Made by a program: the position numbers and the translations under genes. From Nannocystis bainbridge (lineage in GTDB: Bacteria; Myxococcota_A; Polyangia; Nannocystales; Nannocystaceae), in contig NZ_JAQNDL010000002.1 of the NCBI RefSeq assembly GCF_028368995.1, positions 1,600,001-1,664,000 of the forward strand: 64,000 nucleotides of DNA. The letters are read 5' to 3'. Positions 17,789 through 30,532 of this stretch are shown here, piece after piece (positions within the stretch are counted from its first letter, which is position 1; every line of letters starts with the position of its first letter). Below the pieces are notes generated by a model. That model was given only the letters and a program-made list of their open reading frames with translations. It made no database searches and was not told the origin of the DNA.

Positions 17789-18478
17789 TCACTGGCCCGA
17801 CGTGATTTGCAGCGTCGCCAGCGTGAGGTTGACGTAGTCGAGGTACAGCTTGAGCGCCCCGACGACCGCCAGGTTCTCGCGGCGACCGTGCGTCCGGTAC
17901 ATCTGCTTCACGCGCTGGCCGTCGTAGGCCACGAACCCGGCGAACACCACCGCCAGCAGCGCCTGCAGCAGCACGTGCAGGCCCGGCTGGCGCAGCGCCG
18001 CCGCGTCGAGGAACATCGCCACCAGCGCGCCGATGAGGCCGGTCGCCAGGGCCGCGCCCCACGGGCTGAGGTCGCGGCGGCTGTAGAAACCGACCAGCGA
18101 TCCGGCGACGAACACCCCGGCGGCGACCCCGGCGGCCGTGCCGAGCTGCTCCGCCGACACCCGCGTCGCCGAGCCCAGCCACGCCAGCGCCGCGCCGAGC
18201 AGCACCGAGAACGTGAGGAACGCGACGCGCGCGACCGTCGGCGGCAACCGATGGAGACGCGCGCCGATCACCAGCACCGCCACCGCCATCGCCGGCCAGA
18301 ACAACACCCGCAGCTCGCTCGCCTGGGCCAGCTCGAGCCGCGGCTCGCTGCTCAGCGCGATCGCCGTGGCCGCGCTCAGGCCGACTCCGGCGGCCATCCA
18401 CGCGTAGACCGAATGCATGAATCGGCCCACGCCGGCGTGCAGGTCGATGCCCAGGGGATCGCGGAGCCGCTCCGACAT
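17789..18478 (-). CDS. Bax inhibitor-1/YccA family membrane protein
   Basis: FMHSVYAWMAAG, about 7 TM segments, AYDGQRVK and GALKLYLDYVNL. Confidence 0.88.
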   Translation of the reverse strand: MSERLRDPLGIDLHAGVGRFMHSVYAWMAAGVGLSAATAIALSSEPRLELAQASELRVLFWPAMAVAVLVIGARLHRLPPTVARVAFLTFSVLLGAALAWLGSATRVSAEQLGTAAGVAAGVFVAGSLVGFYSRRDLSPWGAALATGLIGALVAMFLDAAALRQPGLHVLLQALLAVVFAGFVAYDGQRVKQMYRTHGRRENLAVVGALKLYLDYVNLTLATLQITSGQ

Positions 18479-18573
18479 CGGACCATCTGGCCACAAGCGG
18501 CCACCCCCGTCAACGCTGCGCGGCGCCCGACCTCGCCATGGCGCCCGCCCGGCGCTGCGGGCACACTGCCGGC

Positions 18574-19149
18574 ATGTCCACCCGCCTTCGCGTGCTTGCG
18601 ACCGGCCTCGGCCTCGGCCTCGTCGCCTGCAGTTCCAACCGCGTCACCGTCGGCGGCGGGCCCAGCTATCGCTACCCGCACCAGGAGGCCTACGGGCGGA
18701 CGATGACCTGCCCCGACGTGCGCCTGCCGCCCCTGCGCGACGGCAACGTCTCGCCGGACGCCGCCCGCTGTTCGTACTCGGACGCCCAGGGATCGCGCGT
18801 CGTGCACGTCGGCGGCAAGGTCCTGACCGAGGCCGACGACCCCGCCGAGCCCGGCATCGGCGTCGCCGACGTCGAGGTCGGCATCCACCGCCTCGCCGGC
18901 GTCTCGCTCAACCTCGACAACCCGGGCACGAAGATCGCCCACGCGCGCACCGACGCCCAGGGCCGCTACAGCGTCTCCGGCACCTTCCCGCCCGGCAATT
19001 ATGCCGCCATCGCCCGTCAGCCGCAGGACCAGCGCTTCCTCGCCTACCGCATGTTCGTCGTCGCCGAGTCCGCGATCGGCCGCATCGACGGGGTGATGAT
19101 CACCATCCCGCTCGACCAGCGCCTGGGCCCGAGCGCCCCGGCGCCGTGA
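18574..19149 (+). CDS. Lipoprotein with carboxypeptidase-regulatory-like (transthyretin-like) domain
   Basis: Lipobox LVAC; GKVL...GVADVEV...ARTDAQGRYSV...PGNY pattern. Confidence 0.7.
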   Translation: MSTRLRVLATGLGLGLVACSSNRVTVGGGPSYRYPHQEAYGRTMTCPDVRLPPLRDGNVSPDAARCSYSDAQGSRVVHVGGKVLTEADDPAEPGIGVADVEVGIHRLAGVSLNLDNPGTKIAHARTDAQGRYSVSGTFPPGNYAAIARQPQDQRFLAYRMFVVAESAIGRIDGVMITIPLDQRLGPSAPAP

Positions 19150-19153
19150 CAGC

Positions 19154-19327
19154 GAGGCTGTCTCTCGGGACATGACCCCGAGACCAGCTCCGGTGCCGCG
19201 AGCCAGGCCCCGCGGCGCGCCGTCCTCCCCTGCCTCTTCCGACATGTCCGATGCGCCAGCCCAGGGTCCGGTCGCCCGCGGCGCCCAGATAAACAGTCCC
19301 TTTGGACATGTCTGATCCGCCAGGTCA
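19154..19327. repeat. Three short degenerate 14-bp-period clusters
   Basis: CATG at 19171, 19243, 19307, each with degenerate cores 14 nt away (19157, 19229, 19293/19321). Confidence 0.55.
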
Positions 19328-19584
19328 GGGCCAGGTGCGGGCCCCCGAGCGCCCCGGGGATCTTCGCCCTGGCGCCCGCGGTCGTGGTCGTGCTCGCTCG
19401 CCGCGGTCGCGCGTGCAGCCCCCGCCGTCCGCGGGTCTCGCGCTCGCCCACCCTGCGGCAAGGGCAGGTTCGCGGGCGACGACCCCTCCGCTCCCCGGCG
19501 CGCCGAGGGTGATTTGCCGTCGTGCGTGACGACGCCCGCCCCTGCCGGCGGCAGTCCGCGCCCCGATGGTGCTACAACCTCCGG

Positions 19585-20331
19585 GTGACGGAACGCGGAT
19601 CCGACCCCGGCAGCCCCGGCCTCGCGGCAGCAAGCGACACGGCGCTCGCCGAGCTCGCGCAGCGGTCCGCGGCGCTCGAGGGTCAGCCTGCCGAGTCCAT
19701 CCTCGCCTGGGTGTTCGAGCGCTGGGCCGGCCTGCGGATCGGCCTCAGCTCCGCCTTTGGGCCCGAGGGGTGCGCCCTCATCCACCTCGCGCGCGCCGTC
19801 CGTCCCGACGTCCCGATCTACACCATCGACACCGGCTACCTGTTCGCCGAGACCCTCGCCGTGCGCGAGGCCTTCCGGGCCCAGGGCGCCGACATCCGCG
19901 TCGTCGAGCCGCTCGTCACCCTCCGCGCCCAGGCCGAGCGGCACGGCCCCGACCTGTTCGCCCGCGATCCCGACGCTTGTTGCGAGATCCGCAAGGTCGA
20001 GCCCATGCGCCGCGTCCTCGACCGGCTCGACGTCTGGATCACCGCCATCCGCCGCGACCAGGCCAGCACCCGCGCCGGCACCCCGATCCTCGGCACCGCG
20101 CGGCGGGCCGACGGCGGCCTGGTCATCAAGGTCGCGCCGCTGGTCGCGTGGACGCGCAAGGACACCTGGCGCTACCTCCTCGACCACGACGTCCCCTACA
20201 ACCCGCTGCTCGACGCCGGCTACACCAGCATCGGCTGCGAGCCGTGCACCGCCCGCCCGCCGGGCGACGACGAGCGCGGCGGCCGGTGGTCGGGCACCGG
20301 CAAGACCGAGTGCGGGATCCACCACCTCTGA
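19585..20331 (+). CDS. cysH: Phosphoadenylyl-/adenylyl-sulfate reductase CysH
   Basis: SSAFG, IDTGYLF, CCEIRKVEP, YTSIGCEPCT, ERGGRW and ECGIH. Confidence 0.93.
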   Translation: MTERGSDPGSPGLAAASDTALAELAQRSAALEGQPAESILAWVFERWAGLRIGLSSAFGPEGCALIHLARAVRPDVPIYTIDTGYLFAETLAVREAFRAQGADIRVVEPLVTLRAQAERHGPDLFARDPDACCEIRKVEPMRRVLDRLDVWITAIRRDQASTRAGTPILGTARRADGGLVIKVAPLVAWTRKDTWRYLLDHDVPYNPLLDAGYTSIGCEPCTARPPGDDERGGRWSGTGKTECGIHHL

Positions 20332-20423
20332 CCCTGTCCTTCGGGGCATGCCCCTTCGAACCTGTCCCTGGCGACCTGTCCGAACGAACCTGTCCTTGAT
20401 CACCTGCCCTTGAGGACCTGTCC
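20330..20423. repeat. 14-bp-period array, 7 units, filling the intergenic gap
   Basis: C(A/C)TG cores at 20333, 20347, 20361, 20375, 20389, 20403, 20417. Confidence 0.9.
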
Positions 20424-20425
20424 TT

Positions 20426-21322
20426 ATGCCCCTGCGCTTCGTCCACTGCTCCGACATCCACCTGCTCGAGCTGGCGGGCAACACCCCGCAGCGGTTCTTC
20501 AACAAGCGGCTGACGGGCGGCGTCAATTTGCTGCTCAACCGCAGCCGCAAGTACAGCGGCAGCATGTTCCAGGGGATCGTCGCCGCGGCCCAGGCGCACG
20601 GGGCCGAGCGGCTGGTGATCACCGGCGACCTGACCAACCTCGCGCTCCAGTCCGAGTTCGAGCACGTCCAGCGGGCCCTCGAGGCCGTGCCGATGCCGGT
20701 CACCGTCATCCCCGGCAACCATGACGCCTACACCCGCGGGTCGGTCCGCTCGCGCCGGTTCGAGCACTACATGTCCGCGTTCATGGAGGGCGAGCGCGAG
20801 CCCGACACCGACTACCCGTTCGTCCAGCGCCTCGGCGACGTGGCCCTGATCGGCCTGTCGACCGCGATCCCCTCGCTGCCGCTCTACGCCGTCGGCCGCG
20901 TCGGCGACGAGCAGCTGGCCCGGCTCGGCCGGTTCCTGGCCAAGCTGGGCGCCGAGGGCCTGGCGCGGGTGGTCCTCATCCATCACCCGGTGGTCCGCGG
21001 CGTGGCCAAGCCGCGCCACGATCTGCTCGACCTCGACGCCTTCGGGCGGGTGATCGCCGAGCACGGGGCGGAGCTGATCCTCCACGGCCACGAGCACCGG
21101 CGCATCGAGGGCGCGCTGCCCGGCCCCGGCGGCGTGGCGGTCCCGGTCCACGGCGTCGGCTCCGGCACCTATCTGTCACAAAAGCCAGGTCGTCACGGCG
21201 CCTACGTCCTTTACACCGTTCGACCGGGTCGCGTCACCCGCACGTACCACCGCTGGGACGGCCGCGATTTCGTCGCCGACGAGCCGGACGGCCCGGTGCT
21301 CGCCGGAACCGGCTCGCACTGA
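20426..21322 (+). CDS. Metallophosphoesterase (calcineurin-like, CpdA-type)
   Basis: SDIH, TGDL, PGNHD, HHP and LHGHEH motifs. Confidence 0.9.
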   Translation: MPLRFVHCSDIHLLELAGNTPQRFFNKRLTGGVNLLLNRSRKYSGSMFQGIVAAAQAHGAERLVITGDLTNLALQSEFEHVQRALEAVPMPVTVIPGNHDAYTRGSVRSRRFEHYMSAFMEGEREPDTDYPFVQRLGDVALIGLSTAIPSLPLYAVGRVGDEQLARLGRFLAKLGAEGLARVVLIHHPVVRGVAKPRHDLLDLDAFGRVIAEHGAELILHGHEHRRIEGALPGPGGVAVPVHGVGSGTYLSQKPGRHGAYVLYTVRPGRVTRTYHRWDGRDFVADEPDGPVLAGTGSH

Positions 21323-21350
21323 CCGCGAACATCGTCTACATTCCCGGGCC

Positions 21351-23159
<1,809 letters not shown>

Positions 23160-23162
23160 GCC

Positions 23163-24869
<1,707 letters not shown>

Positions 24870-24872
24870 GCG

Positions 24873-25059
24873 GTAGGTGTCCGTTCGGACATGCCCTTGG
24901 CGGCATGTCCGAAGCGCCCTGTCGCTTCGGACATGCGCCTTCGAGCATGTCCCTCGATACACCTCACCGGCGCGCCTCGGCATGTCCTTCGACATATGCG
25001 CTGCCGCCCCGCACGCTGTCTTCGCCGCAGTGATCGCGCATGTCCTTCGAGACATGCGC
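24873..25059. repeat. 14-bp-period palindrome arrays
   Basis: Cores at 24876, 24890, 24904, 24918, 24932, 24946; 24981/24995; 25039/25053; convergent junction. Confidence 0.88.
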
Positions 25060-25067
25060 GCCGGCGA

Positions 25068-25907
25068 TCAGAAGCGGTAGCGCAGCACCCGGTGCATCCG
25101 GGCGATCCGCGGCCGCTTGGCCGCCCACGCCAGCACCTTGCCCTTGAGCCAGCCGAGCTTGGCGACGTCGGGCGAGCCGATCAGCGGCCACTCGTCCATC
25201 AGCTCGAGGCCGAACACGTGGCTCTCGAGCTCGTGCGGATCGTCGAGGCCCCACACCAGCTGCGCCCCGGTCTTGCGCAGGCTGCTGTGCAGGCCCTGGC
25301 TCCGCAGCGCGCGCGGGCTGAGGGCGTCGAACAGCACCTGACCCTCGGGGAAGCGGACCACGATCCGGCGCAGCAGGTCCTCGACCTCGGCCGCGCTCAG
25401 GTACGGCAGCAGCCCCTCGGCGACCACCAGGGTCGGTCGGTCGTCGGCGATCTGGCCCAACCACGTCGGCTCGGTGACCGAAACGCCGATCATCTCGACG
25501 TGCGGCTGCTCGGGGTAGAGCCGGCGGCGCGCCGCGATCACTTCGGGCAGGTCGACCTCGAACCACCGCACCGTCGGCGGCGGCGCGACCCGGATCACCC
25601 GGCTGTCGAGGCCGCAGCCGAGGTGCAGCACCGTCGCGTCCGGGTGGGCCTCCAGGTACTCGCGCGTCCACGCGTCGAGCTGCTTGGCCCGCACCGACGT
25701 GGTGAAGCGGTCGCCCTGGGCCGACTTCAGGCGCGCGAAGTCGTACGCGATGCTTTCCACCAACCGCTCCGCCGTCTCGTCGCGGAGGATCGGATCGGGC
25801 GAGCGGCTCTCGAGCGCGCGCGCATGGAGGGTGATGAGCAGCGTCTCCTGCACCCCCGAGAGCTCGATCTTCTCGGCGTTGGGCTGCGTCGCGGCCGGCG
25901 GTATCAT
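25068..25907 (-). CDS. Class I SAM-dependent methyltransferase (LCM/O-methyltransferase-like)
   Basis: VQETLLITLHARA, VLHLGCGLDSR, WFEVDLPEV and AEGLLPYL. Confidence 0.88.
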   Translation of the reverse strand: MIPPAATQPNAEKIELSGVQETLLITLHARALESRSPDPILRDETAERLVESIAYDFARLKSAQGDRFTTSVRAKQLDAWTREYLEAHPDATVLHLGCGLDSRVIRVAPPPTVRWFEVDLPEVIAARRRLYPEQPHVEMIGVSVTEPTWLGQIADDRPTLVVAEGLLPYLSAAEVEDLLRRIVVRFPEGQVLFDALSPRALRSQGLHSSLRKTGAQLVWGLDDPHELESHVFGLELMDEWPLIGSPDVAKLGWLKGKVLAWAAKRPRIARMHRVLRYRF

Positions 25908-25915
25908 GGCCGGCG

Positions 25916-28138
25916 ATGATAGCCTTGGCTTGTTGTTCGCGCCGTAAGGCGTCCCTCACACTGCTTTTGACGGTGATTTCACGGGGGGCGGCGGCCGCAC
26001 CTGGCAGCCCGACCCGAACCGGGCTGTGCCGGATGATGGTGGCGGCGTCGCGCAGAAGCTCGAACTCGTCGACATCGACGGCGACGGCTTCGTCGATCTC
26101 GCGGTCGCCAACAGCCGCGGCGACGCGCTCGGCAGCGACCTCGACGCGCAACCGAACGCCCTCGTGCACAACGAAGGCGGGCTCGGCTTCTCGCCGATGC
26201 CCGGCGCGTTTGACGAGCCCGACAACGCCTACGTGATCAAGGCCGGCGACCTGAACGGCGACGGCAAGCCCGACCTCGTGGTCGGCGTCGCCTACGGCGG
26301 CCCCAGCTATGTGCTCTTCAATTTCGAGGGCGCGTTCATTCGCCGTCCACCCCGTGCCCGCGCTGGCCAACAAGCAGATCAACAGCGCCTTCACCGTCCT
26401 CGATCTCGAGGCCGACGGCGACCTCGATCTCGTCACCTTGCAGGACGGCTTCGGCGGCGGTCGCAACACCGTGCTCGTCGGCGACGGCAGCGGCGGCTTC
26501 GTCGACAACCCGGGCGCCTACTGGGCCTTCGTCGACAATCCGCCGCGCCTCGACTTCGACGCCGACAGCCTCGACTTCGACAACGACGGCACCCCTGATG
26601 TCGTCGTGCTCGGCCCGCAGCAGAACCCCGGCGAGGTCCACGCTCGCCTGCTGCGCAACGACGGCAGCTCGCTGGTCCCGACCGCCCCCGACGGCGCCGC
26701 GTTCACGCCGGGCCCCGAGCTCGCCGCCAGCTTCGGCGTCGCCGTCGCCGACTTCGATCACGACCTCCGGCCCGACCTCGCGGTCGCCGTGCGCGACCCC
26801 GAGGCCACCAACGCCGTCCTGTTCGCCGGCCCCGACGTGCCCGAAGACATCACGCCGCCGCGGGTCGGCATGCTCGCTCCGCTGCCTGACGTCGTCGAGC
26901 CCGGCAGCGAGGTGCGGGTGCGCGTCCGCGTCGACGACGGGCGCACCCCGGCGCGCTGGCACGATTTCTTTCACGACCTCGCGCTGCCGACCTACAACCT
27001 GGTCCACAGCCTCGGCATCGCCCACCTGCGGCGCCTGCCGTACGTCGAGTTCGCCTTCGATCTCGAAGATCCCGCGCTGCTCGACGCGATGCCCGACGCC
27101 GGCCCCTTCAAGCACATCGTCCCCGGCGAGTGGTACGGCGAGTCGTTGTGGCGGATCCGCTTCAGCGTGGATCCGCAGTGGAGCGTCGACCACGAGTTCT
27201 TCGTCTGGCGCGTGTGTGCCATCGACGCCGCCGGCTCTCGCGGCTGCAGCGCGGCCGCGCAGGCGACCCTCGCCGACGCGCCGGTGAACGAGTGCGGCAA
27301 CGGCGTGCTCGATCGCGGCGAGGCGTGCGACGACGCCCTCGATCCGCTGTGCGACGGTTGCAAGCTGACCTGCGGCGACGGCCTGTGCATCGCCCCCGAG
27401 GACCCCGGCAACTGCCCCGAAGATTGCCCCGGCTGCGACGACGACGGCACCTGCGAGCCCGGCGAGGACGCGACCTGCTGCGACTGCATGAACTGCGGCG
27501 TGTGTGGCGACGGCGTCTGTCAGACGAACCTCGAGACCGCGATCGACTGCGCCGAGGACTGCAGCGCCTGCGGCGACGGCATCTGCGACACCCTGGAGGA
27601 CGGGACCACCTGCGCCCTCGACTGCTTCGTGTGCGGCGACGGCATCTGCCAGGGCGCCGAGTCGCTCGACGACTGCCCGTGGGACTGCTCGATCTGCGGC
27701 GACTGCGTGTGCCACGGCAACGAGGACCCCGACAACTGCTGGTTCGACTGCGGCGAAGGTTGCGGCGAGCCGACCCACGGCGCCTGGTGCGGCGACAACT
27801 TCTGCGAACCGTCGGAGATGGGCTCGTGCATCGAGGACTGCGGCGCTTGCGGCGACGGGGTCTGCAACCCCGGCGAGCGCGATGCTTGCCCCGAGGACTG
27901 CGGCGTGTGCGGCGACTGCGTCTGCGACCCCGCCGAGACGCCTGGCCTCTGCCCGGAGGACTGCACCGGCATGTGCGGCGGCGACGGCTCGGCCACCACC
28001 GGCCCCGAACCCGACGCGGTCGACGACGGCCTGGCCTGCAGCTGCCGCGACACGCCCTCCGGCGCCGGCGGCCTGGCGTTCGGCCTCACGCTCTTGCTCG
28101 CCCGCCGGCGCCGAGGTGATCGTTCGGACATGTCGTGA
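25916..28138 (+). pseudogene. Frameshifted secreted FG-GAP plus Cys-rich repeat protein with MYXO-CTERM-like tail
   Basis: Signal-peptide-like frame from 25916; FG-GAP repeats (DIDGDG, DLNGDG) in the 26026 frame continue (DLEADGD, DFDNDG) in the 26309 frame; CGDGxC repeats; ACSC...LLLARRRR. Confidence 0.68.
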
Positions 28139-28163
28139 GGGACATGTCCGTTTCGCCATGAAC
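28126..28163. repeat. 14-bp-period array overlapping a stop codon
   Basis: CATG at 28129, 28143, 28157. Confidence 0.8.
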
Positions 28164-28226
28164 GATCGTGCCTGGTCGGGTCGCTGGCGCAGCGACGGTT
28201 CGGCCGATGTGGTATGCTCTTCGGCG

Positions 28227-29111
28227 ATGACCAGGAAGCTCGCGTTGCTGGGAGTGCTGGTGTCCGGTTGCGGCGGCGCCGCGGCGACGACCGACGATGC
28301 GACGAGTGCGTCCTCGACCGCGACGGGCTCGACCTCCTCGACCTCGACCGCCAACACCCCGACGTCCGCGAGCACGACGGAGGACTCGACCGCGCCGACC
28401 GCCGGCGATTCGATGAACTTCGCGGTGGGGCTCGATCTCCCCCAGCCTGGTGTCGCCTGCGATCCGTGGCAGGACGACTGCCCCGCCGGTCTCAAGTGCA
28501 AGCCGTACGCGGAGGGCCTCGGCCCGTGGACCGACGCCAGCTGCGTCCCGATCGCCGACCCGTCGACGCCGACTGGCGAGGCCTGCCTGGAGGCCGAGTG
28601 GTCGGTGGTCGACACCTGCGAGCGCGGCGCGGTGTGCCACGGGTACCTCGGCGACCAGGAGGAGGGCCGACGCTGCCAGGAGGTGTGTGCCGGCTCGCCC
28701 GCCGATCCGAGCTGTTCTGACGCATGCTCGTTCTGCACGATGAACGGCACGGTCGCCGGCGTGTGCATGCTGCGCTGCGATCCGCGGAGCCCGAGCTGTC
28801 CCGCAGGTCAGCGGTGCCTCATCGAGCCGACGCTGCCGCGCTTCGCCTGCGGGCCCGGCGGGGAGCTGAGCGCTGCCGGCGAGCCCTGCGTGTCCCCGGA
28901 TTACTGCAAAGAGGGCACCGCCTGCGTCGACGCGGCGCTGGTACCGGGCTGCGTCGAGGCGCAGTGCTGCGCGCCGGTCTGCGACCTCGCGGGCGCCGAC
29001 GCGTGCCCGACCGCGCTGCCCGGCACGACCTGCGCACCCTGGCCGGTGAGCGGCCCGGAGTTCGAGGGCGAGTGCCTGCCGCCGGACCTGGGCCTGTGCT
29101 CGGCGATGTAG
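28227..29111 (+). CDS. Cys-rich lipoprotein of a myxobacterial family
   Basis: Lipobox VSGC, Ser/Thr linker, CDPWQDDCPAGLKCKPY...CCAPVCDL; TATGCT 8 nt upstream of ATG. Confidence 0.8.
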   Translation: MTRKLALLGVLVSGCGGAAATTDDATSASSTATGSTSSTSTANTPTSASTTEDSTAPTAGDSMNFAVGLDLPQPGVACDPWQDDCPAGLKCKPYAEGLGPWTDASCVPIADPSTPTGEACLEAEWSVVDTCERGAVCHGYLGDQEEGRRCQEVCAGSPADPSCSDACSFCTMNGTVAGVCMLRCDPRSPSCPAGQRCLIEPTLPRFACGPGGELSAAGEPCVSPDYCKEGTACVDAALVPGCVEAQCCAPVCDLAGADACPTALPGTTCAPWPVSGPEFEGECLPPDLGLCSAM

Positions 29112-29149
29112 CCCGCGCTCCCGCGACCCGCGGCCGCGCCGCTCGAGAC

Positions 29150-29229
29150 TCTCATGTCGGTAAGGACATGTCCCACGGAGCATGTCCTCGAGCACAGGCT
29201 CCAAAGAACATGTCCTTCCGTACAGCGCC
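29150..29229. repeat. 14-bp-period palindrome array, 6 units
   Basis: Cores at 29153, 29167, 29181, 29195, 29209, 29223; convergent junction. Confidence 0.88.
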
Positions 29230-29263
29230 CTCGGTCGAGCTCACGCACCGCCTACGCGCCGCC

Positions 29264-30433
29264 TCAGAAGCGCACCACCAGCCCGCCCGCCCGCGCCTGC
29301 ACGCGGGTGCGGCCGCGGACCGCCCCGGCGATCAGCGCCGCCACGCCGGCCGTCAATAACGCGCCGGTCAGAATCCCGCCGACCAGCGCCATCCGGTTGG
29401 CGCGCAGGCCCTCCGCCACCAGCTCGGTCTTGGCCCGCTCACGGGCCGCGTCGCTGCCGCACGGATCGAGCGGGTCGTCGCCCTGGCACGGCCGGGCCGT
29501 CACGTCCTTCAGGTCCGCGTCCGCGGCGCGACCGGTCAGCCCGCCGGCCAGCGCCACCACCCCGGCGACCACCGCCGCCCCGCCGAGCCCGGCCGCCGCC
29601 AGGCCGGCCTTGCGGTCGAAGCCGCGGCGCGCCGCAGCGAAACGCGGCGGTGGGCGCGGGCCCTCCGGCGCGGCTGAACTTTGGTACATGGCCGAAAGTT
29701 CAGCCCGTCGCCCCTCGACGCCGACGCGGTTCTCGTCGTCGGTCGGGTCGAGCCCCCCGAGGTAAGCGTCGAGCGCCGCGATCCCGGCGTGCAGCCGCGC
29801 CGGATCGCCCGACTCGCGGAACGCCGCCTCCTCCGCGTCCGCGATCGCCAGGGCCGCGGTCGCGCGCCGCGGCGCGTGGCCGAACCCGCCCGGCAGCGCG
29901 AGGAACGCCCGCCGCCACAGCGCGATCGCCCCGTCGCGATCACCAGCGGCCAGCCGGGCCTGGGCCGCCGCCGACAGCGCCGCCGCCTCGTCGACCCCGT
30001 CCTGCCCCGCTCGCGGCGCGGCGCTGGCGACCCCGGCGGCCTCGTCGACCCCGGCCCGCGGGGAGGTCCCGGCGTCGCTCGCTCCCTGCCCCGTCGCGGG
30101 CGCCGCGGCGCCGCTGGATGTCTCTGGAGACATGTCCGAAGGGACCTGCGCCGCCCCCTGCACCGGCGCCGCCGCCACCGCCAGCCCGAGCCACGCCGCC
30201 AGCGCGCCCCGGCGGACGGACGGCGCTGCGCCGAAACGTGACCTGTCCCTCGGGACACATGAACGATCCCCCGCAGCCGCCGACGCGTGGGGTGCTTGGT
30301 CTTCCGACCTGTCTCTCCGACCAGGCGCCGGGACCCCACCCCGCCCGACCGGCCCGGTCGCGCCGCTCCGGACGGCGGCCGCGTCGGCGCGCGCGGGCGC
30401 CCGGACGACGGCAGCGGGGATCGCGGCAGGCAC
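29264..30433 (-). CDS. Hypothetical exported protein with TPR-like helices and C-terminal hydrophobic segments
   Basis: ARLAAGDRDGAIALWRRAF TPR-like helix, two hydrophobic stretches, GGLVVRF end; TACCAT 9 nt before GTG 30433 (start uncertain). Confidence 0.62.
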   Translation of the reverse strand: MPAAIPAAVVRAPARADAAAVRSGATGPVGRGGVPAPGRRDRSEDQAPHASAAAGDRSCVPRDRSRFGAAPSVRRGALAAWLGLAVAAAPVQGAAQVPSDMSPETSSGAAAPATGQGASDAGTSPRAGVDEAAGVASAAPRAGQDGVDEAAALSAAAQARLAAGDRDGAIALWRRAFLALPGGFGHAPRRATAALAIADAEEAAFRESGDPARLHAGIAALDAYLGGLDPTDDENRVGVEGRRAELSAMYQSSAAPEGPRPPPRFAAARRGFDRKAGLAAAGLGGAAVVAGVVALAGGLTGRAADADLKDVTARPCQGDDPLDPCGSDAARERAKTELVAEGLRANRMALVGGILTGALLTAGVAALIAGAVRGRTRVQARAGGLVVRF

Positions 30434-30532
30434 GTCGTTCGGATGGTAGACCAGCCCTCCTGCGGGACAAGGGCCGGCGGGCCGCGGGGCGCGTTGAAGC
30501 CCGGGGCAGTTTCCGGGATCCTGGTCGTCGCG

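Noticed and set aside
20330-20423. 14-bp arrays as CRISPR arrays
   Set aside because: Units are 10 bp and degenerate with 4-nt gaps; there are no spacers of about 30 nt and no cas genes.
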